Part shown: positions 35,532-43,755 of the stretch, in pieces
Layout: the number at the start of each line of letters is the position of its first letter
Numbering within the stretch: the first letter of the stretch is position 1
NCBI GenBank assembly: GCA_040902855.1
Contig: JBBDWN010000029.1
Span: forward strand, 1 to 43,755
Direction: 5' to 3'
Length of the DNA: 43,755 nucleotides
From: Acidimicrobiia bacterium
GTDB lineage: Bacteria; Actinomycetota; Acidimicrobiia; Spongiisociales; ZC4RG35
Notes under the pieces: model-generated
Seen by the model: the letters and a program-made list of their open reading frames with translations, nothing else
Told to the model about the DNA's origin: nothing
The model's database searches: none
Translations under genes and position numbers: made by a program

Positions 35532-36742
35532 CAGTGTGTCCCCGCCGAACCGGCGTCGGCCATGATCCGATCGTTGGCGAACCGGTCGTAGCTGAACGGA
35601 GCGATGAGTGCCGGGGTCTCGCCGGTGGCGATGAGGGCCGCCATCTGCTCCCCGCCCACCGGGATGGCCTTGAATCCCCAGGTTCCCCATCCGGTCGTGA
35701 CGAGGAAACCTTCGATCGGGGTCTTTCCCATGATCGGGGAAGCATCCGGCGAGATGTCGCACACGCCCGCCCACTGCCGAAGGATCCGCAGGTCGGCCAT
35801 GAACGGGAGCATGGCCACTGCCTTCGCCGAACAGCTCTGCAGGAATTCGAAGGTGGATCCGTAGGAGTAGCCCGGGGCCCTTTCGTACTCGGCGCCCATC
35901 AGCATCTCGCCGCGCGGCGTCTGGCTGACGTAGAACGGAAAGTCGACGGAGCCGACGATCATCGGGAAGCTGTTCTCGTAGTGGTTGGTCACGTAGGCCT
36001 GGAGAGGATGACTGCGGATCGGCATGCGGAGCCCCACCATGTCGGCGATCTGGCTGACGTGACCGCCGACGGCGCTGAGGACGGTCGAGGTCGCGATCTC
36101 GCCGCGATCGGTCATGACGCCGGCGACCCGGTCGCCGGCGATCTTGATTCCGGTGACGGTCGTGCGAGGGATCACGTCGACTCCTGCATCCACCGCACCT
36201 TCGGCCAACAGCCACACCACTCGGTCGTGGCGGGCCGTTGCTCCGCGCAGGTGGTAGGACGCGCCGAGGATCGGATAGCCGCTCCCGGCGACGGTGAGGT
36301 CGAGTTCCGGCACCAGCTCCTTCAGTTCCTCCGGCTCCAAGAACACCGTCTCCGCACCGGCCGCGGTGTTCATCAGGGCCCGCTTCTTCTCTCCGCGGAC
36401 GGTTCCCTCGCTGTGCACCGTCCAGATCAGACCCTTCTCCTGATGCATGACCCACCGACCCGAATCGTCCTCCAGGCGCTGGTAGAGATCGAGACTCCTT
36501 TGATAGAACCGGATGGCCTCGGGGATCCCGTAGTTGGCACGAATCACCGTGGTGTTGCGCCCGGAGTTGCCGCTTCCGATGTAGCCGCGTTCGATGACTG
36601 CCACGTCGGTGATGCCGTGCTCTCGTGCCAGCCAATAGGCGGTCGAGAGCCCGTGCCCGCCCCCACCGATGATGACGACGTCGTACCGCGACTTCGGCTC
36701 CGCCCATCTGAGTCTGACTCGGCGTTCGACGAACTCGTTCAC
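35531..36742 (-). CDS. soxB: Sarcosine oxidase beta-like FAD-dependent subunit
   Basis: YDVVIIGGGGHGLSTAY, GSGNSGRNTT, ARHD, GWGTWGFKAIP. GTG 36742. Confidence 0.9.
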   Translation of the reverse strand: MNEFVERRVRLRWAEPKSRYDVVIIGGGGHGLSTAYWLAREHGITDVAVIERGYIGSGNSGRNTTVIRANYGIPEAIRFYQRSLDLYQRLEDDSGRWVMHQEKGLIWTVHSEGTVRGEKKRALMNTAAGAETVFLEPEELKELVPELDLTVAGSGYPILGASYHLRGATARHDRVVWLLAEGAVDAGVDVIPRTTVTGIKIAGDRVAGVMTDRGEIATSTVLSAVGGHVSQIADMVGLRMPIRSHPLQAYVTNHYENSFPMIVGSVDFPFYVSQTPRGEMLMGAEYERAPGYSYGSTFEFLQSCSAKAVAMLPFMADLRILRQWAGVCDISPDASPIMGKTPIEGFLVTTGWGTWGFKAIPVGGEQMAALIATGETPALIAPFSYDRFANDRIMADAGSAGTH

Positions 36743-37110
36743 AGCCGCTCCTCCAGGTCGCGGGCGAGGGAAGTCCGACCGATGACAAGTGCCCGATCCC
36801 CGTTCACCCAGATCTTGATCGGGAGCCCGGCGACCATGCCCTGGGTGAAATACGAGACGAGATTTGGAAGCTCCCACTCGGCTTCCCTCCGGCACCATTC
36901 CTCCAGACGGTCTCGCGACATCTCGACACCCACGAAGCCATCGTCTGGGACGGTGATCGCCGCCTCGTCGTCCACGACCACGTCGGTGGCGTCGAGGATG
37001 ATCGCCTCGTCCGGAGCGATCTGAAGGACGACACCGTCCGACGAGATCGATGCGATGGCGGCGGGGGCGGCCACGACGCGGATGACATCGAGCATCTCAG
37101 GCGCGAGCAC
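36739..37110 (-). CDS. Small gamma-like subunit of the sarcosine-oxidase-type complex
   Basis: QIAPDEAII and TQGMVAGLPIKIW resemble SoxG/GcvT fragments. GTG 37110 has a GGAGG RBS 6 nt upstream. Coupled to both neighbours. Confidence 0.6.
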   Translation of the reverse strand: MLAPEMLDVIRVVAAPAAIASISSDGVVLQIAPDEAIILDATDVVVDDEAAITVPDDGFVGVEMSRDRLEEWCRREAEWELPNLVSYFTQGMVAGLPIKIWVNGDRALVIGRTSLARDLEERL

Positions 37111-39289
37111 GGGCGCCCTCCGGATCGTAGAAAGGGGTTGGGACATGGCGGGCCGTCCGGTCGCCGACGGTCACTTCATCGGGAATTTCTCGCTCGACCA
37201 GGTCGACCCACGCCAGCATGACCGACGTTTCGAGCACCGGTGACCATGCCGCCGAAGTCACGTATCCGACGATCCGGCCTTGGCGGAAGATGGGTGTCCC
37301 GTCGATCGGCGGCGTGCCGTCGATCTGGAGACCGACCAGCAGCTTCCGGAGCGGGATCCGGTCGGTTCGCGTCAACGCCGCCCGGCCGACGAAGTCCCCC
37401 TTGTCCATCTTCACGGCCCAGTCCATCCGGAGCCGGCGCGGGGTGCTGTCCGGTTCGGTGTCCATGCCGATGATGATGTGGCCCTTCTCCAGCCGGAGGG
37501 TTTGGAGGGTCTGCAGTCCGTGCGGAGCGATCCCCAGGTCGGCTCCGAGTTCCATGAGCCGATTCCACAGGTCCACAGAGTGGCGGAGGGGATGGTGGAG
37601 TTCATACGAGGTCTCGCCTGTGAAGCTCAGCCGATACACGTGACAGGGGACGCCACCGACGCTCCGCTGCCCGTGCTGCATGAACCTCATCGGTTCGTCG
37701 AGCCCGGCCCGTTCGAGGAGTTCTGTGGCGCGGGGGCCGGTCACGTTGATCGCCCCGAGCGAGGGGGTCCGGTCCATCACCCTGACGTCTGCGCCGAAGC
37801 CGTGTGCCCAATCGCGCACCCACGCCTCGGCGTGGGAGGCGCCACCCGAGGTAAACGTCAGGTTGAAAGTCGTCTCGTCGACCCGCGAGATCAGGCCGTC
37901 GTCCATCAACCCGCCGGTTTCTGCGAGAAGGAGCGCATACCGCGAACGTCCGGGTTGGATGTCTGCGACCCGGCACGGGTAGAGCCTTTCGAGGAATTCG
38001 ACCGCATCGGGGCCGCGGACGACCAGTTTCCCGAGCGTGCTGACATCGCCCAGGGACACCGCCTCCCGCACGGCCCAATACTCCCTGTCGGTGTCCGGAT
38101 ACACCCAGGGGCGGAACCAGCCGCCGATGCGGTCCATTCGGGCCCCGAGCTGGCGGTGCACCGCGTCGAGCGCTGTCCGGTGGATCGGCGGCAGCCGGAA
38201 ACCGGCGGCTGCTTCGCCGATGGTCAGCTGGCGGGCGAGCGGACGAGCCGTGAACGTCGGCCTGAGTTCGCCGCCGCGTGACTGGACATACGAACGGAGA
38301 TACGGAGTGCAGACGACGCCCTGGCAGGTTCCGGTGCCGGCAAGCGTCGCCCGCTTGAGCAGTTCGATCTCGTCGAAGCCGCGGTCCCACACGTAGTCGA
38401 GATCCTCGACGGTGACACCCGAGCAGGGACAGAGCGTGCCGGTGGGCGGGCAGGCCGGGATCGTTCCCGGCGCCGATGCGTCACCGATCACCCGGACAGA
38501 TCCGTCGTCGACCATTCGCGCCAGGAGGTCGCGGGGGTAGCTCCCAAGATCGACCGCCACAGTGTCGCATGGGAGGAGGCGTTCTTCGTCGCCGACTTCG
38601 ACGACAACTGCGGAGACATGGGCGTCGCCTTCGATCCGGACGAGGGCTCCTTCCACCACATCGCATTCGACACCCTCCGGAGCGGACCCGATCCCGATCA
38701 CCCGTCCCAGATCAACGCCCGCAGTCGCCAGCTCGGCGGCCGCACGCGGAGTGAGGACGCCCGACAGATCGGCGCCGGGCACCACCGGGTGGATCTCGGC
38801 TGCCCCGGTGGCGACGACGACTTCACTGCAGTGCAGCCGGACGATCTCCTCGCCGATCCTCGCAATGACCACGGGTCCCCGGTACACGGCGAGCGCTTCG
38901 GACCCTTCGCGTGCTTCCAGAATGACCACCGAGCGACCGGAAGCTTCCAGGCGGGCCGCCTCGCCTCTTCCGCTCTCTCCACCGCCGATCACGACGACGT
39001 CTGTGTGCCGGTTGCTCCGTGGAGTCTCGGAATGGTCTCGCGCCTGGGGGAGAGGCGGGTAGACGTGCACGGGCGTCGTCGTCACATCCATCCCCACCGT
39101 CGCCGCCGTCTGGCACATGCGTCGATGGGGCTGGTCGTCGATCGTGGCGAGACAGTTCGGGCAATCTCCGGCGTTGCACAGGCACCCGGGCGGGAGTGTG
39201 CCTGACCGGGCGAGGGCGACCAGCACGGAGTCGCCTTCGGCGTAGTCCACGGACGATCCGTCCACTTGCAACTGTCCGGACCGCGCCAC
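37097..39289 (-). CDS. Sarcosine oxidase alpha-like subunit (Fe-S + nucleotide-binding + GcvT-like folate domain)
   Basis: CLCNAGDCPNC..C, DVVVIGGGESG, CPCSGVT..GTGTCQGVVC, DVSTLGK, RLSFTGETSYEL, LRLEKGH, PFYDPEG. Start is GTG 39289 or TTG 39343. Confidence 0.85.
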   Translation of the reverse strand: MARSGQLQVDGSSVDYAEGDSVLVALARSGTLPPGCLCNAGDCPNCLATIDDQPHRRMCQTAATVGMDVTTTPVHVYPPLPQARDHSETPRSNRHTDVVVIGGGESGRGEAARLEASGRSVVILEAREGSEALAVYRGPVVIARIGEEIVRLHCSEVVVATGAAEIHPVVPGADLSGVLTPRAAAELATAGVDLGRVIGIGSAPEGVECDVVEGALVRIEGDAHVSAVVVEVGDEERLLPCDTVAVDLGSYPRDLLARMVDDGSVRVIGDASAPGTIPACPPTGTLCPCSGVTVEDLDYVWDRGFDEIELLKRATLAGTGTCQGVVCTPYLRSYVQSRGGELRPTFTARPLARQLTIGEAAAGFRLPPIHRTALDAVHRQLGARMDRIGGWFRPWVYPDTDREYWAVREAVSLGDVSTLGKLVVRGPDAVEFLERLYPCRVADIQPGRSRYALLLAETGGLMDDGLISRVDETTFNLTFTSGGASHAEAWVRDWAHGFGADVRVMDRTPSLGAINVTGPRATELLERAGLDEPMRFMQHGQRSVGGVPCHVYRLSFTGETSYELHHPLRHSVDLWNRLMELGADLGIAPHGLQTLQTLRLEKGHIIIGMDTEPDSTPRRLRMDWAVKMDKGDFVGRAALTRTDRIPLRKLLVGLQIDGTPPIDGTPIFRQGRIVGYVTSAAWSPVLETSVMLAWVDLVEREIPDEVTVGDRTARHVPTPFYDPEGARARA

Positions 39290-39294
39290 GCCGA

Positions 39295-41295
39295 TCAGGT
39301 CGTCGCCTGCAGGCGACCCAACTCGGCGACGGGGATGTGACAACGAATCTCGTAACCGCTCTCGGCTTCGACGAGCGGAGGCTCAACCGTCTCGCAGATC
39401 TCGCCGATCTTGCGGTGGCACCGGGTCTGGAAGACACAGCCCGGAGGCGGTTGGGACGCCGAAGGAATCTCACCCTGGAGTCGGATGCGGCGACCGTCGT
39501 CGTGCTCGGGCGAAGCGGACAAGAGCGCCTCGGTGTACGGGTGGTACGGGCCGGAGAAGATCCGCTTCGAAGTGCCGACCTCCATGATCCGACCGAGATA
39601 GAGGACCGCCACCCGGTCTGCCACGTATTGGACGACAGACAGGTCGTGGCTGATGAAGAGGTAGGACACTCGTTCGTTGTGCTGGAGTTCGGACAGGAGG
39701 TTCAGGATTGCGGCCTGCACGGACACGTCGAGTGCAGACGTCGGCTCGTCGCACACCACCACCATCGGCGACCCGGCGAATGCCCGGGCGATGGCGACAC
39801 GTTGTTTGAGGCCACCGGAGAGCTGCCGTGGCTTCACCGACAGCAGTTGAGTCCCGACTCGCACCGATGCCATCAGCTCGTCCACGCGTATCTTGACGTT
39901 GGCACCCGGTTTGAGGATCTCGACTGCCCTGCCGATGATCCGGCGGATCGAATGTCGTCGGTTCAGTGCCGAGTCCGGGTTCTGGAAGACCATTTGGAGG
40001 GCGTGGAACTGGGCGTCGTCTCTGTCCGCGACCGCCGGCGGGACCTCGACGCCGTCGAGGGTGATCATCGTTCCCTCGTCGGGAACGTGAATACCCAGGA
40101 TGATCTTGGCGAGAGTGCTCTTGCCGGATCCGGACTCTCCGACGAGCGCCAGCGTCTCGCCTTGTTTGATGTCGAGGTTCACGTCGACCAGGGCGTGCAC
40201 GGGTCTGCCGTCCTGGTGGAAGGTCTTCGACGCGCCCCGAATCGACAACAGCACGTCACCCGGGGCGACCGCGGTCGATTCCACGGGTTCGTTGCGCGGG
40301 AGATCCGGTGCGAGTTCGTGGAAGTGACACCGGGAGAACCTGCCCGGGCCGACCTCCAGGAGATCGGGTTCTTCCGTGCGGCAGATGTCCTGGACGATCG
40401 CGCAGCGATCGACGTACACACAACCTGGCAGCTCGGCACCGAGCGGAGGGAGAAATCCGGGGATCGTGTCGAGCGTTTGCCTGCCTTGGGTTCCCGCGCT
40501 CCCAGGAAGGCATCGCAGAAGCCCAACGGTATACGGATGGCGCGGTTCGGTGAAGATCTGTTCGGTGGGCCCGTACGCCACCATCCGGCCCGCATACAGC
40601 ACACCGGTGACGTCGCACATCTTGCGGATGACCGCCAGGGAATGGGAGATGAACAGGACCGATGTTCCCACCTCGTCCCGCAGGCTCGTGACCAGATCCA
40701 GTACCTCGGCTTCGACCGTGGCATCCAACCCGGTGGTCGGTTCGTCCAGGATCAGCAGCTCGGGTCGAGAGGCGATCGCCATCGCGATCACGACGCGCTG
40801 CAACATTCCGCCCGACATTTGGTGGGGGTAACGGCGCATCACCGATTCGGGATCGGCGATTTTGACTTGCTGGAGGACAGCGAGTGTGAGGTCTGCCACC
40901 ATGTCGGCTGGCTCATCGAGCAACTCGAAAACCTCTTCGACCTGGCGCCCGATGCGAATCGACGGGTTGAGCGACGTCATCGGGTCCTGGTACACCATCG
41001 ACAGGCGGTGGACTCGCAGTTGGCGCAGTTCGCGATCGCTCAAGTCGGTGATGTCCCGGCCGCCCATGCGGATCGTGCCCCCGGTGATGCGGCCGTTGCG
41101 CGGCAGGTAGTGCATCAGGGCCATGGCGATCGTCGACTTGCCGCAGCCCGACTCTCCCACCAACCCGAATGTCTTGCCGCGGGGAATGTCGAAGCTGACG
41201 CCCCGGATCGCCTCCTTCCACTCGTTCCCGACGCGGTACTCCATGCGGAGGTCCTCGACAGAGAGGACTGCGTCGACGGTCTGTGTATCGGTCAT
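39295..41295 (-). CDS. Peptide-type ABC transporter ATPase with two NBDs and oligopeptide C-terminal Cys domains
   Basis: GESGCGKST and [17 protein letters not shown] and [16 protein letters not shown] and GCVFQTRC. Confidence 0.95.
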   Translation of the reverse strand: MTDTQTVDAVLSVEDLRMEYRVGNEWKEAIRGVSFDIPRGKTFGLVGESGCGKSTIAMALMHYLPRNGRITGGTIRMGGRDITDLSDRELRQLRVHRLSMVYQDPMTSLNPSIRIGRQVEEVFELLDEPADMVADLTLAVLQQVKIADPESVMRRYPHQMSGGMLQRVVIAMAIASRPELLILDEPTTGLDATVEAEVLDLVTSLRDEVGTSVLFISHSLAVIRKMCDVTGVLYAGRMVAYGPTEQIFTEPRHPYTVGLLRCLPGSAGTQGRQTLDTIPGFLPPLGAELPGCVYVDRCAIVQDICRTEEPDLLEVGPGRFSRCHFHELAPDLPRNEPVESTAVAPGDVLLSIRGASKTFHQDGRPVHALVDVNLDIKQGETLALVGESGSGKSTLAKIILGIHVPDEGTMITLDGVEVPPAVADRDDAQFHALQMVFQNPDSALNRRHSIRRIIGRAVEILKPGANVKIRVDELMASVRVGTQLLSVKPRQLSGGLKQRVAIARAFAGSPMVVVCDEPTSALDVSVQAAILNLLSELQHNERVSYLFISHDLSVVQYVADRVAVLYLGRIMEVGTSKRIFSGPYHPYTEALLSASPEHDDGRRIRLQGEIPSASQPPPGCVFQTRCHRKIGEICETVEPPLVEAESGYEIRCHIPVAELGRLQATT

Positions 41296-41302
41296 GCGGC
41301 TC

Positions 41303-42151
41303 TCATGTCTCGAAGATCTGGGCGATGGCGTCCGCCAGCAGATTCACGCCCACCACCAACGACGCGATGGCGAGGGCGGGGAACAGTGTCGGCCACCACA
41401 CGTTGCCACTCAGGAACACGTAGTGATCGGAGATGGACTGGCCCCAGTCCGGGATCGACGGGTCACCGCCGAATCCCAGGAAGGACAGGGCGAGGGTCGT
41501 GAAGATGGCATAACCGAGCCGGACCGTGAACTCGACGACGATCGGTCCCATCACGTTCGGAAGGATCTCGATGAACATGATGTGGAGCGGACCTTCGCCG
41601 CGCAGTTTGGCGGCGGTCACATAGTCGAGCCGGGCCTCGGCCAGCGTGGAGGCGCGCACGGTGCGGGCGATGATCGGGGTGAAGACCAGACCGATCACCA
41701 GGATGATGCCGATGGTGGTGGGTCCGAGTGCGGCCAGGACGAGCATGGCCGTGATGATCAGCGGGATCGAGAGGAACGCGTCGAGGATGCGCGAGGTGAT
41801 CTCGTCCACCCATCCGCCGAAGTAGCCGGTGGTGAGCCCGAGTGCGGTGCCGGCGACTGTCCCGATCAGCGTGGCGAGCGGTGCGATGATCAGAACCTGT
41901 CTGGCACCGGCGAGGAGTCGGCTGAACACGTCACGGCCGAGCGAGTCGGTTCCCATGAGATGCTCGGATGACGGGGGGGCCAGACGGTTCAGAATGTCGG
42001 TCGGGGTTCCTTGCGGCTCGTACGGCGTGACGAAGTCCCCGAATATCGCGAAGACGATCCAGACGAGGGTCATCGTCCCGCCGACCCAGAACGTGAGCGA
42101 TCGGGCGAGTTGGGCCCGACGCTGGGAGCGCGAGACGCTGGCGATCGTCAT
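41303..42151 (-). CDS. Peptide-type ABC transporter permease (DppC-like)
   Basis: HLMGTDSLGRDVFSR, EILPNV, LSFLGFG, VNLLAD. Confidence 0.93.
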   Translation of the reverse strand: MTIASVSRSQRRAQLARSLTFWVGGTMTLVWIVFAIFGDFVTPYEPQGTPTDILNRLAPPSSEHLMGTDSLGRDVFSRLLAGARQVLIIAPLATLIGTVAGTALGLTTGYFGGWVDEITSRILDAFLSIPLIITAMLVLAALGPTTIGIILVIGLVFTPIIARTVRASTLAEARLDYVTAAKLRGEGPLHIMFIEILPNVMGPIVVEFTVRLGYAIFTTLALSFLGFGGDPSIPDWGQSISDHYVFLSGNVWWPTLFPALAIASLVVGVNLLADAIAQIFET

Positions 42152-43101
42152 GCTTCGGCTCCGAGACGCACCCGCGGGTTGAGGACGCCGTACAGCGTGT
42201 CCGCGATCAGGGTGGAGAGCTGATAGATCACGCCGATGACCAACACGCCGCCGGCCAGTAGTGGGAAGTCGGCTTTCTGGGCGGCGTCGAAGATGAGTCG
42301 CCCCACCCCCTGGTAGTTGAAGAGCACCTCGACGGCCACCAATCCGCCGAAGAGATACCCAACCTGGGTCGCCACGACTGCGATCGTGGGCAGCAGCGCG
42401 TTCCGGAGGACGTGGCGACGGATCACCGTCCGGCGGGGGAGTCCCTTGAGGATGGCGGTTCGCGTGTAGTCGGCGTCGAGCGCGTCGATCATCCCTGCCC
42501 GCGTGATGCGGGCGATATACCCGAACAGAACGAGAACCAGCGGTATGGCGGGGAGGATCAGGAATCGGATCTGTTGGAAGACTCCGGATCCGGATGGCGC
42601 CTGCGCCCCGCCAGGCAGCCAGCCGAGGGTGATGGCGAAGACGACGATGACGACGATCCCGGACACGAACTCCGGGATGACGGTGGCGGAGAGTCCGAAA
42701 ACCGTGATCGATCGATCGGTGAAGGAGCCCCGTTTCAGAGCAGCCAGGATTCCGGCGAAGATCGACAGCGGCACGACGATCACGAAGGCGAGAATCGCCA
42801 GCTTGGCCGAGTTGGCGAGCGCCGTACCGAGCATTTCGGTCACGGGGCGGGCGAAGGACACCGAGTTGCCGAGATCGCCTGTGAGCAGGTTTCCGATGTA
42901 GTCGAAGTATTGGGTCAGGAGCGGTCGGTCGGTCCCGAGGCGAGCGTTGAGGAGGTCGACCGACTCTTGGGTGGCGAAGGGGCCGAGAATGCGACGGCCG
43001 ACGTCACCCGGGAGCAGGTTGGTGCCGATGAACACCAGCACACTGAGAAGCCAGAGACTTACGAGGGCCAGGCCGAGGCGTCTGATGATGAATCGGAGCA
43101 T
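42148..43101 (-). CDS. Peptide-type ABC transporter permease (DppB-like)
   Basis: MLRFIIRRL, LPGD, GDLGNS, DYTRTAILKGL, HVLRNALLP, LNPRVR. Confidence 0.93.
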   Translation of the reverse strand: MLRFIIRRLGLALVSLWLLSVLVFIGTNLLPGDVGRRILGPFATQESVDLLNARLGTDRPLLTQYFDYIGNLLTGDLGNSVSFARPVTEMLGTALANSAKLAILAFVIVVPLSIFAGILAALKRGSFTDRSITVFGLSATVIPEFVSGIVVIVVFAITLGWLPGGAQAPSGSGVFQQIRFLILPAIPLVLVLFGYIARITRAGMIDALDADYTRTAILKGLPRRTVIRRHVLRNALLPTIAVVATQVGYLFGGLVAVEVLFNYQGVGRLIFDAAQKADFPLLAGGVLVIGVIYQLSTLIADTLYGVLNPRVRLGAEA

Positions 43102-43161
43102 GTCAGCTGCTACTGGACCCGGGCGCCTTCATGGCTGCCCGGGTCCCATGAGCTTCGACTC

Positions 43162-43755
43162 TCAGCCGCCGAGCACGAGTTCTGTGATGATCACGTGGCC
43201 CATGCCGGTCGTCTCCAGTCCGACGGTGTTCGGTCGGGTCGCCGAGATGTTCCCGAGGAAGTACGGGATGATCATCGGGACTTCGTCTGCGAGCAGCGCC
43301 TGGATTTCGCCGGCGAGTTCCCGTTGGGCGTCCTCGTCGGGTTCGGCCACGAAGGCGTCGACCAGTGCGTCGTACTCGGCATTGTTGAACTTGGCCGAGT
43401 TCCACGTGCCGTCGCTCTTGAGCGGTGCTCCCAAATACACGTTGGGGACACCGCGGTGGCCGTAGTTGGTGATTCCGAGCGTCGAGTCGAGCCAATAGGC
43501 GTCGTAGTACGTGCCCGCATCGTCGATCTGCAGGTTGATGGTGAGCCCGATCTGGGCACCGGCTCCCTGGATCAGTTGGGCGAGAAGTTCGAGTTCGGCG
43601 AACTGGAGCGTGTTGAGCGTGACTTCCGCCCCGCGCACCCCGGCCTCGTCGATGAGCGCGTTGGCGGTTGCGAGATCCTCTTCCTTCTGGGCGACCGCGT
43701 CGGGATTGAACACTGCGAAGAAGGGAGCGATCGGATGGTCATTGGCGAGATCTCC
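43162..43755 (-). CDS. Peptide-type ABC transporter substrate-binding protein (C-terminal part; 5' end outside the window)
   Basis: Frame is open to the window edge (GDLANDHPIAP...). WNSAKFNNAEYDALV...EIQALLADEVPMIIPYF is a family-5 SBP C-terminus. Confidence 0.88.
   Translation of the reverse strand, partial: GDLANDHPIAPFFAVFNPDAVAQKEEDLATANALIDEAGVRGAEVTLNTLQFAELELLAQLIQGAGAQIGLTINLQIDDAGTYYDAYWLDSTLGITNYGHRGVPNVYLGAPLKSDGTWNSAKFNNAEYDALVDAFVAEPDEDAQRELAGEIQALLADEVPMIIPYFLGNISATRPNTVGLETTGMGHVIITELVLGG

Noticed and set aside
35459-37024. 521-aa plus-strand ORF
   Set aside because: Antisense shadow of the soxB-like gene.
39019-41502. 827-aa plus-strand ORF
   Set aside because: Typical antisense shadow of an ABC ATPase in GC-rich codon usage.

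Overview
High-GC, gene-dense chromosomal window. It is probably from an actinobacterium of the Acidimicrobiia type (inference from the class E sortase, the many leaderless TANNNT promoters and the gene repertoire). Most of it is ordinary metabolism: enoyl-CoA hydratase, sortase, TlpA, Mo-oxidoreductase, MenE-like ligase, arfB, ino1, gltBD, a lone sufB, a group-2-like sigma-70, udgB, two peptide-type ABC transporters, M20 and P1 peptidases, a MazF-type TA pair and a rearranged sarcosine-oxidase-like cluster. The standout is 1054-5353. An unannotated 29-aa signal-peptide-like ORF (2014-2103, MKARLVRILAAAGSLATLIVAGSASLKIG, strong RBS) follows a long hairpin-rich leader and directly precedes two coupled multi-TM proteins with degenerate HD-GYP domains. 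These abut a DUF5317-like membrane protein whose motifs match the layout of signal peptidase II (LspA) aspartic peptidases, and a divergent hypothetical gene completes the locus. I interpret it as a candidate undescribed peptide-pheromone system (precursor, intramembrane maturase, membrane receptors) feeding into c-di-GMP-type signalling. All family assignments come from motif recognition by eye, with no database searches. No rRNA, tRNA or CRISPR array was seen.
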